A DNA stretch of 39,828 nt from a virus (taxonomy: Duplodnaviria > Heunggongvirae > Uroviricota > Caudoviricetes). Shown here one piece after another: positions 12,230-22,418 of the stretch. Each line of letters opens with the position of its first letter. Position 1 is the stretch's first letter. The translations under genes and the position numbers were made by a program. Location of the stretch: the IMG/VR virus record IMGVR_UViG_3300032038_000006, one strand, 5' to 3'. The notes under the pieces were generated by a model, which was not told the origin of the DNA, searched no databases, and saw nothing but the letters and a program-made list of their open reading frames with translations.

Positions 12230-12433
12230 TTACGTCCAAGATTTGACAAGGGTTACAATTACATAAGAATCAATAATCTCGCCCTTAGACTTCTTATCTT
12301 TCTTAACCATTTTATATGACTTGAGTTCATAACCTTCAATGGCTTCATCAGCCTTAGCCTTCTCAATTAAAGCCTTAGCCTCAGCTTCATCGGCAACGCG
12401 CCACTCTTCAGTTCTTTTACATAATTCTCCCAT
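12230..12433 (-). CDS. Hypothetical protein, 67 aa
   Basis: GGAGG RBS; TAATG coupling with the upstream gene. Confidence 0.7.
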   Translation of the reverse strand: MGELCKRTEEWRVADEAEAKALIEKAKADEAIEGYELKSYKMVKKDKKSKGEIIDSYVIVTLVKSWT

Positions 12434-12822
12434 TATAAAACCTCCATTACTTTATGTAATTTAAAATTATAACAAACCAATTTGGTATTGTTCTTCTTAC
12501 AAAGTTTAAAATTTTGTGCTGTGCCGCGGCTCCTTCCGTCCCAAAAACATAAGCACATTCTATCTTCAAACAGGCTCAAATAATTGTGCATATCTGCATT
12601 ACGAATAAAACCTGCCGATTTACCATAAACACTCCATCTGGCTGGAAATACTTTAATTGGAATATTATTTTCTTTAGCATATTTTTCTGCAAGTGAGTCG
12701 GCGCCTCTTGCGCCGCCACTCACAATTTTATCTATATGATATTTATTATGGGTATAGTCCATAACCTGTTTAAATTCATCGTAATCACAATAATCACGGC
12801 TCCCTGCTACAAGAAGTACCAT
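12433..12822 (-). CDS. SLOG-family (YspA/DUF2493-like) protein
   Basis: LVAGSRDY, IVSGGARGADSLAEKYA, AGFIRN, FWDGRSRGT. Confidence 0.85.
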   Translation of the reverse strand: MVLLVAGSRDYCDYDEFKQVMDYTHNKYHIDKIVSGGARGADSLAEKYAKENNIPIKVFPARWSVYGKSAGFIRNADMHNYLSLFEDRMCLCFWDGRSRGTAQNFKLCKKNNTKLVCYNFKLHKVMEVL

Positions 12823-14621
12823 TAAAAGTCCTCCTCACTACACTCCTTAATTTCCATTTCATCAAGTAAAATCTGTGGGGTTGACTTGCCGCCCCAATTA
12901 TTTATGTTACCGCGGCCAGCAATTGTAATATTTATCTTGCCGCTCTTCAAGAACAATTCATCAAGTAAAGCCTTAGCCTTAAACTTAACGTATGTTATTC
13001 CATTGAAAGTGAACTTTAATGTATCCTTATAAGAGCCAATTGCTTGGATGTCCTTTACATCAAGTGTAATATCCTTTACAATGATAATAGGCTCATCATT
13101 CTGCTGACCCCAAAGAGAACGTCCTCTTTCAAGGTCTGTAATCATATCAGCAAGATATGAACAATTGCCTTGAACTACGAAATCAGCTTCATAGTACCCT
13201 TCATTAAAGTTAATATCTTTCAGTTTCTCATTTGCATATGCAGTAAGTTTATCAACATTTGACTGCTTAATACTGAAACCTGCGGCATTACCATGTCCTT
13301 CTACATAATCCATAAGACCACTTTCAAGAAGGAAAGCTCTGAAGTCCTTTAATTCTGACTCACCGCGGCCTCTAATTGAGCCCTTTAAATATCCGTCAGG
13401 GCTTATTCTTCCCAACATAACAGGCTTCTTATGTGCAGCTGCAACGTTCATAGCACAAAGACCAGTTAATGTTGTTGAAACATTTAAGTCATCTGCATTG
13501 AGAATAAGGATTTTGTTATTATCGAGGTCATTATTAATAATCTGCACATCGAGTAACTGAGTTGCCTTATCCATTTCACGCTTCTGACGAGACTTAGCAT
13601 TTACACAATTTCTTGCACTTTGTGTGGCAAGAGTTTCAGTTTGTCCTTTCTCTCCTCGCTTTGTAGAAGGAACTATCTTCTGTGGCATAAGAAATGCTTC
13701 GAATAATCTCTCCTTTTCTAAGTCAGAACCAACTCTGATTAAAGCGTTTATAAGTGGTGTTATATAGAAAGCAATTCCGATTTGTGTGAGCGGGCCATCT
13801 CCCAATGAATATGACTGCTTAGCAACAAGTTCCTTAAAGAAACCATTGTTTATATGAGAAAGTCCTTCTTCGCAGAACCAACGATTTTCAAGAGTATTCA
13901 TATTCATCATATCACTTATTTCTCCAAGTGCTACGAGGTCAATATAATCCTGAATATGAGGTTCCCAAGTTTCTGCTTCATTTATTCCATCTTCACCCAT
14001 AGTAGAAATTAAATCACTTTCAAAAGCGTGTTCAAAATATTCAAGGAATTTATACGCAACTCCTACACCACTTAAAGACTTATTCTCATAATTCTTTGAA
14101 AGCTGATTATTAATGACGATTGCATTTTCGCTATAATGGTCAGCTTCGTGGTGGTCAAGTACAAGAATATCATATCCCATATCCTTTAATATCTTATGTT
14201 CCTCATAGTCATTACTTGAACTATCGGGGAGTATGATTAAGTCACAAATCTTTTCCTTTGTGAACATATCCATAAGAGTACGAAGTCCGTGCTCCTTTCC
14301 TTCTGGAACATGATAGTCAATTGAAATCTAATACTTAACCCCGTAGGTGTTCATTAAGAAACAATATACTAAGGTGGCACTTGTAAATCCATCAACGTCT
14401 GAGTCAACGCATATGAATATCTTGCTACCATTACATATATGCTTCTTAAGTAACTCATAACCTTCCTATATATTATCCAAGTCTGTTGAGGGAAGTTCAT
14501 TTTCCCAGCTTGGATGGAAGAATAAGGTGGGGTTCTCACCAAAATTCATATTTCTATCTGCAAGTAATTCAGATAAGAAGTCATGAGTTATATCTTTACT
14601 TGTCTTTCTTATATACTTCAT
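12822..14621 (-). CDS. recJ: RecJ-like DHH ssDNA exonuclease, 599 aa (2 TAG)
   Basis: Motif I DSDVDG lies between the two TAGs; LPDS, LDHH, DLVALGEISD and EGHGNAAG follow. GGAGG RBS. Confidence 0.92.
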
Positions 14622-14632
14622 TCAAATCCTCC

Positions 14633-15703
14633 TTAATTTAGCCAAATCGGGCGTTTCATAATTTCCTCAAACGCGGTCTTGCCTAAATCAGTAGGACTAT
14701 CTTTCGCACCGAGGATATTCTTATAGTCAATAACAAATCCCATTCTACACTTATATACAAATCTTTCACATAACTTCTTCAGTTTATTGTAATGTTTATC
14801 CAGCTCCTCCCAGTTAATAACTGAAGGACTGTCAAAAGCTACGATTACTCTTTCAACACCGAGGTCATATAATAATTGCATTTGATAATATGAAATTGAA
14901 CTACCACATACTGCAACTGCAATATTATTTTCACGTCCGTACATAGTTTCATATTGAAGAACTGATTTCTCAGCTTCAAATATAATTGCCATTTTCTTCT
15001 TTCGGATATTCTCTTTATTCATATTCAAGCCGTAAAGATTATAACCGAGAGGATGAGCATACATTTTTCCCTCTATTGATACCGGCATATATTTACCATA
15101 TACCAAATCTTCATCATTGAGGGCGCGGCCTCTTATACCGATTAACTCATCATTTTCATCGTAATGTGGTATAATTATTTTATTATGAATAACATCATAT
15201 AGAATGTGAAATACTTTCATAGCTTCTTCGCTAATACCGTCATTCAACCACTCTATAGTTGCATAGAAACTGTATATATTTAATAAACTTTTCTTAATAG
15301 GTTTTATTTCAACGATAGTTTCTTGTCTTGTATATCTATCTTCAAGACTTTTATATTTAGAGCCAAACCCATCTTGGAATTGATGAAAGCTGATACCGTC
15401 AACTATTTTTAATACAATATCTTTATAGAAATCGTATTCAATTCCAAGAAGTTCATAACGCTTTTCAAAAAGCTGATAGATGTTAAAATTCTCTCCGCAA
15501 TCTGTATAGCAATGAAACTTATGATTACGCTTATAGTAATACAATTTCATTTTTGCTTCGGAAGCTTCCTCGTTATGACAGATAGTCGGAAAGATTATAT
15601 AATCATTTTTTTCTTCATATCTGTCAGCGCCGAGGCCAGTTACCAGCTCAATGATTCTTTCTGGAGTTAGCTCCTGTTCAACTTTCTTTAAATCAATTCT
15701 CAT
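14633..15703 (-). CDS. dnaG: DNA primase (Zn-binding plus TOPRIM)
   Basis: TICH...CYTDC, IIIPH...GIRGR, FEAEKS, VAFD; lies between helicase and RecJ. Confidence 0.88.
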   Translation of the reverse strand: MRIDLKKVEQELTPERIIELVTGLGADRYEEKNDYIIFPTICHNEEASEAKMKLYYYKRNHKFHCYTDCGENFNIYQLFEKRYELLGIEYDFYKDIVLKIVDGISFHQFQDGFGSKYKSLEDRYTRQETIVEIKPIKKSLLNIYSFYATIEWLNDGISEEAMKVFHILYDVIHNKIIIPHYDENDELIGIRGRALNDEDLVYGKYMPVSIEGKMYAHPLGYNLYGLNMNKENIRKKKMAIIFEAEKSVLQYETMYGRENNIAVAVCGSSISYYQMQLLYDLGVERVIVAFDSPSVINWEELDKHYNKLKKLCERFVYKCRMGFVIDYKNILGAKDSPTDLGKTAFEEIMKRPIWLN

Positions 15704-17394
15704 AATAAATCATCGAAGTCTAAATTCTTCAACCTTTCTTTAGTTTCCTTTACGTCACCAAATGCTTCGGTGATTGAGTCTGTTACTGTCTTTGGCATTT
15801 GTGCTTCAAGATTAGCTAACAACTCATCTGCCATTTCATCTGTTAATACGCCATCGTTATAAAATTCTTCCATTTCCCTTCTCTTATTCATATCAACAGA
15901 TACAAAATTAACGATTTGGAAATCTTGAATAGGCTTATAGTCCGGAGTTGTTACAAACAAATCAACTGTTCTTAATGTTCCCAAATCTACAGCTGACCAA
16001 ATACTTATCATAGTCCAACGTCCACGACGATTCTTAAACACGTCTGTAATAGCATTTGGCTTGAAGTTATAACGTTTTTCAAAATCAGCAACAAGCTGGA
16101 GTTCTTCTGGACTTGGTCGTCTACGTATCGCGGCAAAGTCAGCAAGGTCGGCAATCGCCTTAGAACCTCGAATGTTTCTAAAGTCTTTAAATCCTCCCTT
16201 TGGGTCATCGTCTCCACTTAACTGCGTAGCTGACATTATGAAAGCATCCAGCTCAACAGCTAAATTCTTAATTGCTGTTGTTAAGAGTCTTAAACATACA
16301 TCTTCTCTTAACTTTAAATCCCTATACTCATTGAGCATTGCAGGAGAAGAGAAGATATAGTCATAAAAGAAGTTCTCTACGTTATACTGTAAACTATATC
16401 TTCTGAACAGATTCTTGATAACTGAAGCACAAGGGTCTGGAATACGAGCAAATAGCATATAGTCCTTATAACGTTCCATAATATCTATTGCCTTCATAAT
16501 TCTATCCATATGCTCTTCTTTATAAGTACCATACAAGAACATATCTTCATTATATCCTGTAAGATACGCAAGAATCATTGTTTGAATTTCTGCTGGGTCT
16601 TGCTCTGTCATTACATACAAAACCTTCTCTGGCTCACCAGTATAAACCCATTTCTGATACTTAGTATCATATCTGACTGGATAAGCTATTTGACAAGCAT
16701 CGCCAACCATAGAACGAGTTTTACCAACACCAGAACCTGCTGAACGAAGATATAACTTTCCTTTTCTGCCACCGCGGCACACAGTATTGAATATTTCTCC
16801 CTGAAGATGGACACCAATTTCAGGAGTCTCTTTAAGGTTCTTAATCAATTCTCTAATACCTGTGGCGGCATTACTTTCTTCAACAACGCTATTAATAACA
16901 TATTTATTTTCCAAATCTGCGAGTTCTCCTCGAAGACTATTAAATATGTCAGTAGCGGTCATTTTTTCAAAACGTTCATTGATTTCTGCATATTTCTCAT
17001 TCAACGGGTCTTCACAATAGAATGGAGAAATATCTCTGCCGTTCTTCTATAAATCTCTAAGAAGATTTATCTTTTTGAGTTTATTGTAATAAAGCTGAAA
17101 GTTTGCGGGGTCTGCTAAATCTTCACAATCTTGAATAAAAGCTAATCCGTTATTCTTTTCGAGAAGATTTTTCGCAACCTCATTTGTCTATAAATAAGTA
17201 TCAACGTCTATCGTATGTATTCTTTCTGCGCCGCCCGCAAACAAATTATAGATTGCTGAAAATATCATTTTATCAAGTTGCTGACTAAAATCTGTCGGCT
17301 CAAGCTGATATTTATCGACATCACTTAAAAGCTCAGGGCGGCACATCAAACTGCCGAGAATTTGAATAATTGTTCTTCTGTCAACCTAAATCAC
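15700..17394 (-). CDS. dnaB: DnaB-like replicative helicase, 564 aa (TAG at codons 3, 69, 116)
   Basis: SAGSGVGKT, MTEQ, FFYDY, SATQL, RGSKAIAD, KNRRG; GTG 17394 after GGAG. Confidence 0.88.
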
Positions 17395-17398
17395 TATA

Positions 17399-18109
17399 TC
17401 ACTCTCCTATCTCGTTCAAGTCGATTAACTTACGACGGGTTTTCTTGCCGATATAGTCACTTGGATTATACTTGATTTCAATTCTATCCTGTTCAAGCTG
17501 CTTCTGAATTGCCTGTCCAATTTCATCAGCTTTCTTTGCTTGCTTTTCATAATAACGTCGAGCATCATCATAAACAAATGGAATTATTCCAATACTTCCA
17601 TTGGACTTTTCCTTTGAATTTTTCTTTACTTCATAGAACCATTTCAAAGTTAGAAGCTGTCCTCTATAGGGCATCCCCTGCTTACGAAACTTCTGCATTT
17701 GTGTGATATTCCAATCACTTACTGGCTTATCATCAGAATACTTACCAAACAATCTGAAAATATAAAACCAGAGAGCATCTCTATCATCACATTCAATTTG
17801 TTTGAGCTGAAGGTTTTCTTCTGAAAGATAATTCTTAACTGTCGTTGGTGATATTCCTAATTCTCTTGCCACTTGTGACATATTCTTACATTCAGAATAT
17901 CTTTTATTGATTTGCTCAATTATCTCTGGAGTTATCTTTGTTTTCTTCTTAGGTTCTTTCTCTTGTGGCGCGGCTTCAAATATTGTTAAATATTTAGAGA
18001 CACTTGACACGGAGATACCAAGCTCTTCAGCTACTTTATTCTTTACTCCGTACTCTTTATAAAGAATAGGAATTTTCTATATAATTTCTTCAGGTATACG
18101 CTTAGCCAT
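17399..18109 (-). CDS. Protein with two tandem HTH repeats plus a C-terminal domain; possible helicase loader or replication regulator, 236 aa (1 TAG)
   Basis: KVAEELGISVSSVSKYL and QVARELGISPTTVKNYL repeats; GIGIIPFVY-like C-terminal motif (SIGIIPFVY); directly upstream of the helicase. Confidence 0.7.
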
Positions 18110-18140
18110 TTCTTCACCCTTTTCTTTTAATTCTATAAAT

Positions 18141-18169
18141 ATTATAACATTATTTGGTTAAAAAGTCAA
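18141..18169 (-). promoter_or_regulatory. SigA-type promoter
   Basis: TTGACT-N17-TATAAT with TG extended -10. Confidence 0.85.
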
Positions 18170-18198
18170 TAAAAAAGGACGACTTTCGTCGCCCTTTT
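18170..18198 (-). terminator. Intrinsic terminator after phoH
   Basis: GGGCGAC-GAAA-GTCGTCC followed by TTTTTT on the - strand. Confidence 0.8.
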
Positions 18199-18200
18199 CC

Positions 18201-19463
18201 TTAAATGCCGCCCGTAAATTCGTCGAGGTAAGAAGCAGCCTGTGCTGTCAAACTACGCTCTGTTAATTTTAACTGGACTGTCGCAAATATATGAGAGTAA
18301 ATGGGAGACTTTCTTAAATTTAAAAGTAACTTTAAACCATTTCTGTTTCTAAAAACGGCGCTATCTGCTTGCTTTAAGTCGCCATCGAAAAAGATACGAG
18401 AACCTTCACCTACTCTTCCTATAAGTAATTTAATATGGTCTTCTGTTAAGTTTTGAGCCTCATTCACTATAATGATTGAGTCGCTGAAACTACGACCACG
18501 GATAGAACCCATATTGACAACCTCAAGCTGATTATGAGTAATCATATCTTGTACTTTGTCGATACCCACCAAGTCTACAAGCGGACCGATTTGTCCAGCT
18601 ACCTTATCAAGTAGCTCGCCAGGCAAAGCACCGATGTCAATAGTATTCTCTGTATATGAGTTGTTAGGAACATAGACAATTTTCTTTATTCTTCCTCTCT
18701 CCACTTCTTGCAAAGCGAAGTTATTCATAATAAAGCTTTTACCAGTTCCGAATTTACCACCAGCATAAACAATGGTAATGTTTCTGTCATTGAGAATATT
18801 GAACAAACATTTCTGTTCTGGGTTACGAGGGCCAATTCCCTTATCGGGCTTGTCGCACCACTCGTTCTTAATTCTTAACTCATAATCTTCACATAAGTGA
18901 TGTAAATATCCACCGCTACAAATGAAGCTATCATAAATAGCATAATCAGTTTCGCCGTGTTTATTTACAAATGGAGAGGTTACATCCTTAAAAAGGACGA
19001 ACTGATTTTCATAAACTTTTCCAAGTTCATCTGGTATCTCTCCAGTTTCGAGTATTTGACCAACCATCGTATCGTGTTCTGGTGTTATAAGAACTTCCTT
19101 GACACCTGTATAGGCTTCTGTCTTACCATAAGCCTGAGTCTTTACGCCTTTTGTTATTGCTTTTACTTTTAGGTAAACATCGTTAGTAACCAATATAGCA
19201 TCTCTACGTTTCGTAATTTCAATTAACTTATCATCAACACTGTCATATCTTTCTTTTTCAAGAGAGCAATCCCATATTAACTTATCTAAGTTATGAGAAA
19301 TTATAACGGCGGCGCGGCGAGCTTTGTAGGAAACATCAAAATTCTGATGTAACTTTAACCCATCCAACTCCTTAAGAACATCTGTAGCAATAATAAGTTC
19401 ATCCGTTTCTTCCTCAATAATCTGAGGGAAGTCTAATAAAATATTAGTATCAATTACAAGCAT
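18201..19463 (-). CDS. phoH: PIN-PhoH family protein
   Basis: VIDTNILL and VTND (PIN); GKFGTGKS, RGRSF, NEAQN, GDLKQ (PhoH). Confidence 0.92.
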   Translation of the reverse strand: MLVIDTNILLDFPQIIEEETDELIIATDVLKELDGLKLHQNFDVSYKARRAAVIISHNLDKLIWDCSLEKERYDSVDDKLIEITKRRDAILVTNDVYLKVKAITKGVKTQAYGKTEAYTGVKEVLITPEHDTMVGQILETGEIPDELGKVYENQFVLFKDVTSPFVNKHGETDYAIYDSFICSGGYLHHLCEDYELRIKNEWCDKPDKGIGPRNPEQKCLFNILNDRNITIVYAGGKFGTGKSFIMNNFALQEVERGRIKKIVYVPNNSYTENTIDIGALPGELLDKVAGQIGPLVDLVGIDKVQDMITHNQLEVVNMGSIRGRSFSDSIIIVNEAQNLTEDHIKLLIGRVGEGSRIFFDGDLKQADSAVFRNRNGLKLLLNLRKSPIYSHIFATVQLKLTERSLTAQAASYLDEFTGGI

Positions 19464-19477
19464 TAGGCCCCTCCTTA

Positions 19478-19510
19478 CAAAAATAGGGGAAAGAAATTAA
19501 TCCTTCCCCG
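19478..19510 (-). terminator. Probable intrinsic terminator
   Basis: GGGGAAGGA-TTAATT-TCTTTCCCC followed by TATTTT on the - strand. Confidence 0.65.
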
Positions 19511-19515
19511 AATAA

Positions 19516-20490
19516 TCAAAGTATAGCACGTACCTCAATCAAAACTTGATTGAGCCCATCAACCTCTTCAGGTAAGATTTCTGAAAACTTCTTAGGTTTT
19601 CCAAAGACAGACTCCAATATAGCTGAAGCCTCACTGACCTTGTTGTTTTGGACAACCTGGCCCCATAACATCTTTGCTTCTTCCATTAGTTCATCGAAAT
19701 TTAAGGTTGTATATGGATTATGTTCATCCGTAGCTGCGCCGCCAGAATTAGCGCACTCATCGTCTATTGCCTTATATATAGCCTCAACTAATGCGTTGTA
19801 GTCGAGTGGAATACGAGGGGCAATATAACGATATCTTGATTTAACTAAGAATCTATCGCCGACCTCATCACGAAGAAACATAAAACGCTTACGAATAACT
19901 TTGTCGCCGTCTTCGAGAGAAATTTCTCTTATGTATGCAATAATGTCAACCATCTTGTTGATGATGTCGAATGCACGGTTCTGAAGAGCTGGAACAATTT
20001 GAGTGTATTTCTCACCCTTCTCATTCTTAAACTCCTTCTCTGCGGAGTGGCTTGTAAAGATTAAACCATAGCCGTTATAAGCTAAATCTCTGAATGGCTG
20101 TGCGAACTCCTTAGAAGCTTCTGCGTAAAGTTTACCGAAGCCGACATCACTAAGGTTATCAACACCTGCCTGTCCACATACGTATTTTGTACAAAGGTTC
20201 CAAGCTTCATCAACTGTATCAACAGCAATAGCGTGGAATTTATCCTTAAGTTCATCTTTTCTACATAAATCCTTTACCATTTTCTTCCAGTCATCCCAAG
20301 TTTTTATAGGGGCAACATATACATTATTAAGTGCATTAGTACCCATTTCAAAACCTGCAATAAGGACTTTCTCGAACTGTGCCGCGAGGCTTGTTTTACC
20401 AACGCCAGGCAAGCCATAAAGCATTATGTATTTACCTCTTAAATTTTTTGAAATTACTTGAGGTTGTAGATTAAGTAAATCTATAGGCAT
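19516..20490 (-). CDS. Sak4-like / AAA_24 ATPase (single-strand annealing recombinase family)
   Basis: YGLPGVGKTS, IAVDTVD, FTSH, MVDII; adjacent to the putative SSB. Confidence 0.82.
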   Translation of the reverse strand: MPIDLLNLQPQVISKNLRGKYIMLYGLPGVGKTSLAAQFEKVLIAGFEMGTNALNNVYVAPIKTWDDWKKMVKDLCRKDELKDKFHAIAVDTVDEAWNLCTKYVCGQAGVDNLSDVGFGKLYAEASKEFAQPFRDLAYNGYGLIFTSHSAEKEFKNEKGEKYTQIVPALQNRAFDIINKMVDIIAYIREISLEDGDKVIRKRFMFLRDEVGDRFLVKSRYRYIAPRIPLDYNALVEAIYKAIDDECANSGGAATDEHNPYTTLNFDELMEEAKMLWGQVVQNNKVSEASAILESVFGKPKKFSEILPEEVDGLNQVLIEVRAIL

Positions 20491-20530
20491 TTAAATCACT
20501 CCTTTGAAATAAAGTTAGATTTCGGATTAA

Positions 20531-21436
20531 TTAAAATCCGAAATCAGTACTCTTATTCTTTGGAGCTGCCTTTGATGTAGAGTTCTTACTATTTTCAATT
20601 AATTCGTCTATCTTAGCTCTACGGTCTCCTAATGCCTTCTTAATGGAATCGCTGTCATATGAAAGCTCTTCCTCAAGACCAGAAGCAGAACCACCAGTTA
20701 TGATAAGCTCCTTAGTAGAAATAGTACGAGTCTTGATGATAGACTCACCAAAGCCCTGCTTTTCCTCTATCTGCTCAATTTTCTTTGTTACATTGACACG
20801 GCCAGTTACCTTAACTGTATCTTCCTTATTCCAGCTGTCCTGAATGTGACTCTTTGCACCTTCAGAAGCATAAAGGTCAAGAACATGAATCTTGCCGCCG
20901 TAACCGATTACGCCGAACTTGATACGAATTCTGCCTGTAGGCTCATCGTTCTTGTCGATTTCATCAGCATTTGTAGGGTCATTAAGTACGACACCTGAAA
21001 GCTGGAACTTAATACCATCTTCGTCGCCTTCTCTCTTGTCATTCAAGAAGTTAGAACTAATCTGGAAAGTAGAACGCTCTTTACCAGTAGAGCTATCAAT
21101 CCAAATATTCTCTTCAAGCTGACCAGTTACTGTGACCTTAGAAGCTGGGTGGTCTTTATCGGCAGCTGCCTCTGAGGTGAACTTCTCCCTATAGCCAAGG
21201 ATTCTGTCGTAAACCTTATTGAGGTCTCCGTCCTTCTTCAATCTCATAGAGAACATCTTTACTGTGCCGAGACACTCAACGGGAACTCCGTTAATCTCCT
21301 AATCGCACTTAATTACTGCTGTACCACGAATCCACTCTTTGCCGTCCTTAGTCTGGCCTGTGGTTATGTCAAGTTCATTAAGAACGCCGCTCATATATAC
21401 TGAATTATCACTCTGAGTTTTTTCGATATTTAACAT
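20531..21436 (-). CDS. Putative ssDNA-binding protein (tandem OB-fold-like), 301 aa (1 TAG)
   Basis: GGAGG RBS, ATG 21436; repeated KVTVTGQL/TVKVTGRV strands; flexible C-terminal tail ending DFGF; next to the Sak4-like gene. Confidence 0.65.
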
Positions 21437-21472
21437 TTACATTTCCTCCGTCTGGGATATTTTTTTCTTAGT

Positions 21473-21504
21473 AAAATTTAGGGCGATAGTTATATCGCCC
21501 TTTT
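21473..21504 (-). terminator. Hairpin, probable terminator
   Basis: AGGGCGATA-TAAC-TATCGCCCT stem-loop. Confidence 0.65.
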
Positions 21505-21522
21505 AAATTCATCTGACTTCAA

Positions 21523-21792
21523 TTATTCAGCATCTGGGTCGAAGTTAGCGCCAGCCTCTGTAAGAGCGAACTTCTTAACCTCAGTCTTCTTGCCGTTCTC
21601 GTCCTCAACAGTCTCTGTAAATCTCTCTGCGTAGCCCTTCTTGCAAAGACCAGTAACAGAACCAGTTACAGAACCAGGCTTCTCGAATCCGAGAGCTTCC
21701 TATACCTGCTTAGTTGTGAAAGCGACGCCTGCGCCTGCTGCCTTGAGATACTCAAATACCTTTCTTGAACCTTCAGTCATCTTTGTTGCCAT
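21523..21792 (-). CDS. Small winged-helix-like DNA-binding protein, 89 aa (1 TAG)
   Basis: MATKMTEGSRKVFEYLKAAG...FTTKQV*EALGFEKPGSVTGSVTGLCKKGY...KFALTEAG; AGGAGTG RBS; strong codon bias (AAG/GAG/TTC). Missing from the ORF track. Confidence 0.8.
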
Positions 21793-21886
21793 TGTAAATC
21801 ACTCCTTTAAAAAATTTAAAATTTAAAATGTATTAAATAAAATAGCAGGTGGGTTTTCCACATATTGCTATTTATTTACCTTAATA

Positions 21887-21915
21887 ATTATAACACAATC
21901 GGAATTAAAAGTCAA
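21887..21915 (-). promoter_or_regulatory. SigA-type promoter (proximal of a tandem pair)
   Basis: TTGACT-N17-TATAAT with TG. Confidence 0.85.
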
Positions 21916-21974
21916 ATTTTCAACTTATTCCTTTTCCTCAAAGGCTTTGTACCTTTGTTTGATTTTCTATATAT

Positions 21975-22003
21975 ATTATATCAATCTTCTTTGGAAAAGT
22001 CAA
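21975..22003 (-). promoter_or_regulatory. SigA-type promoter (distal of a tandem pair)
   Basis: TTGACT-N17-TATAAT with TG, overlapping the 3' end of the upstream gene. Confidence 0.8.
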
Positions 22004-22418
22004 CATTTTGAGTTTCTCCTTCCATCAAAACGTCAATTGTCGCCTTGATTTGGGCAAGCGCTTTCTGACTTTCTTCAACTCTCTTTTGGATTACTATTCC
22101 TGCGAAAGTAAAAGCAAGTCCTATTCTTGCGATTTCAGTGAGGGACAAATTAAAGTCGTCAGACAATAACTTTCCTCTAACATTTTCATACGCACTTGCA
22201 TCAGAGTTTAATTCCTTTACAAATCCTTCAATTTTTTCATCGGGTTCAAGTCCTTCTTTAAGAACACGAACTACCTTTTTTTCACCATTTACTTCCTATA
22301 TCTGGTTATCGAAGAATCTGTCAGTCATATTATATATAGAATCAAGGTAGAGGTTGAGTGCCTCAATGGCACTCTCCTTCTCCGCCTTTATCTTTTCGAT
22401 TTTAGTTTCGATACTCAT
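21981..22418 (-). CDS. Hypothetical protein, 145 aa (1 TAG)
   Basis: ATG 22418 is in frame with track ORF 21981-22166 across one TAG. Confidence 0.7.

Noticed and set aside
21649-21677. Short tandem repeat ACCAGT(A/T)ACAGA
   Set aside because: It simply encodes GSVTGSVTG inside the winged-helix gene.
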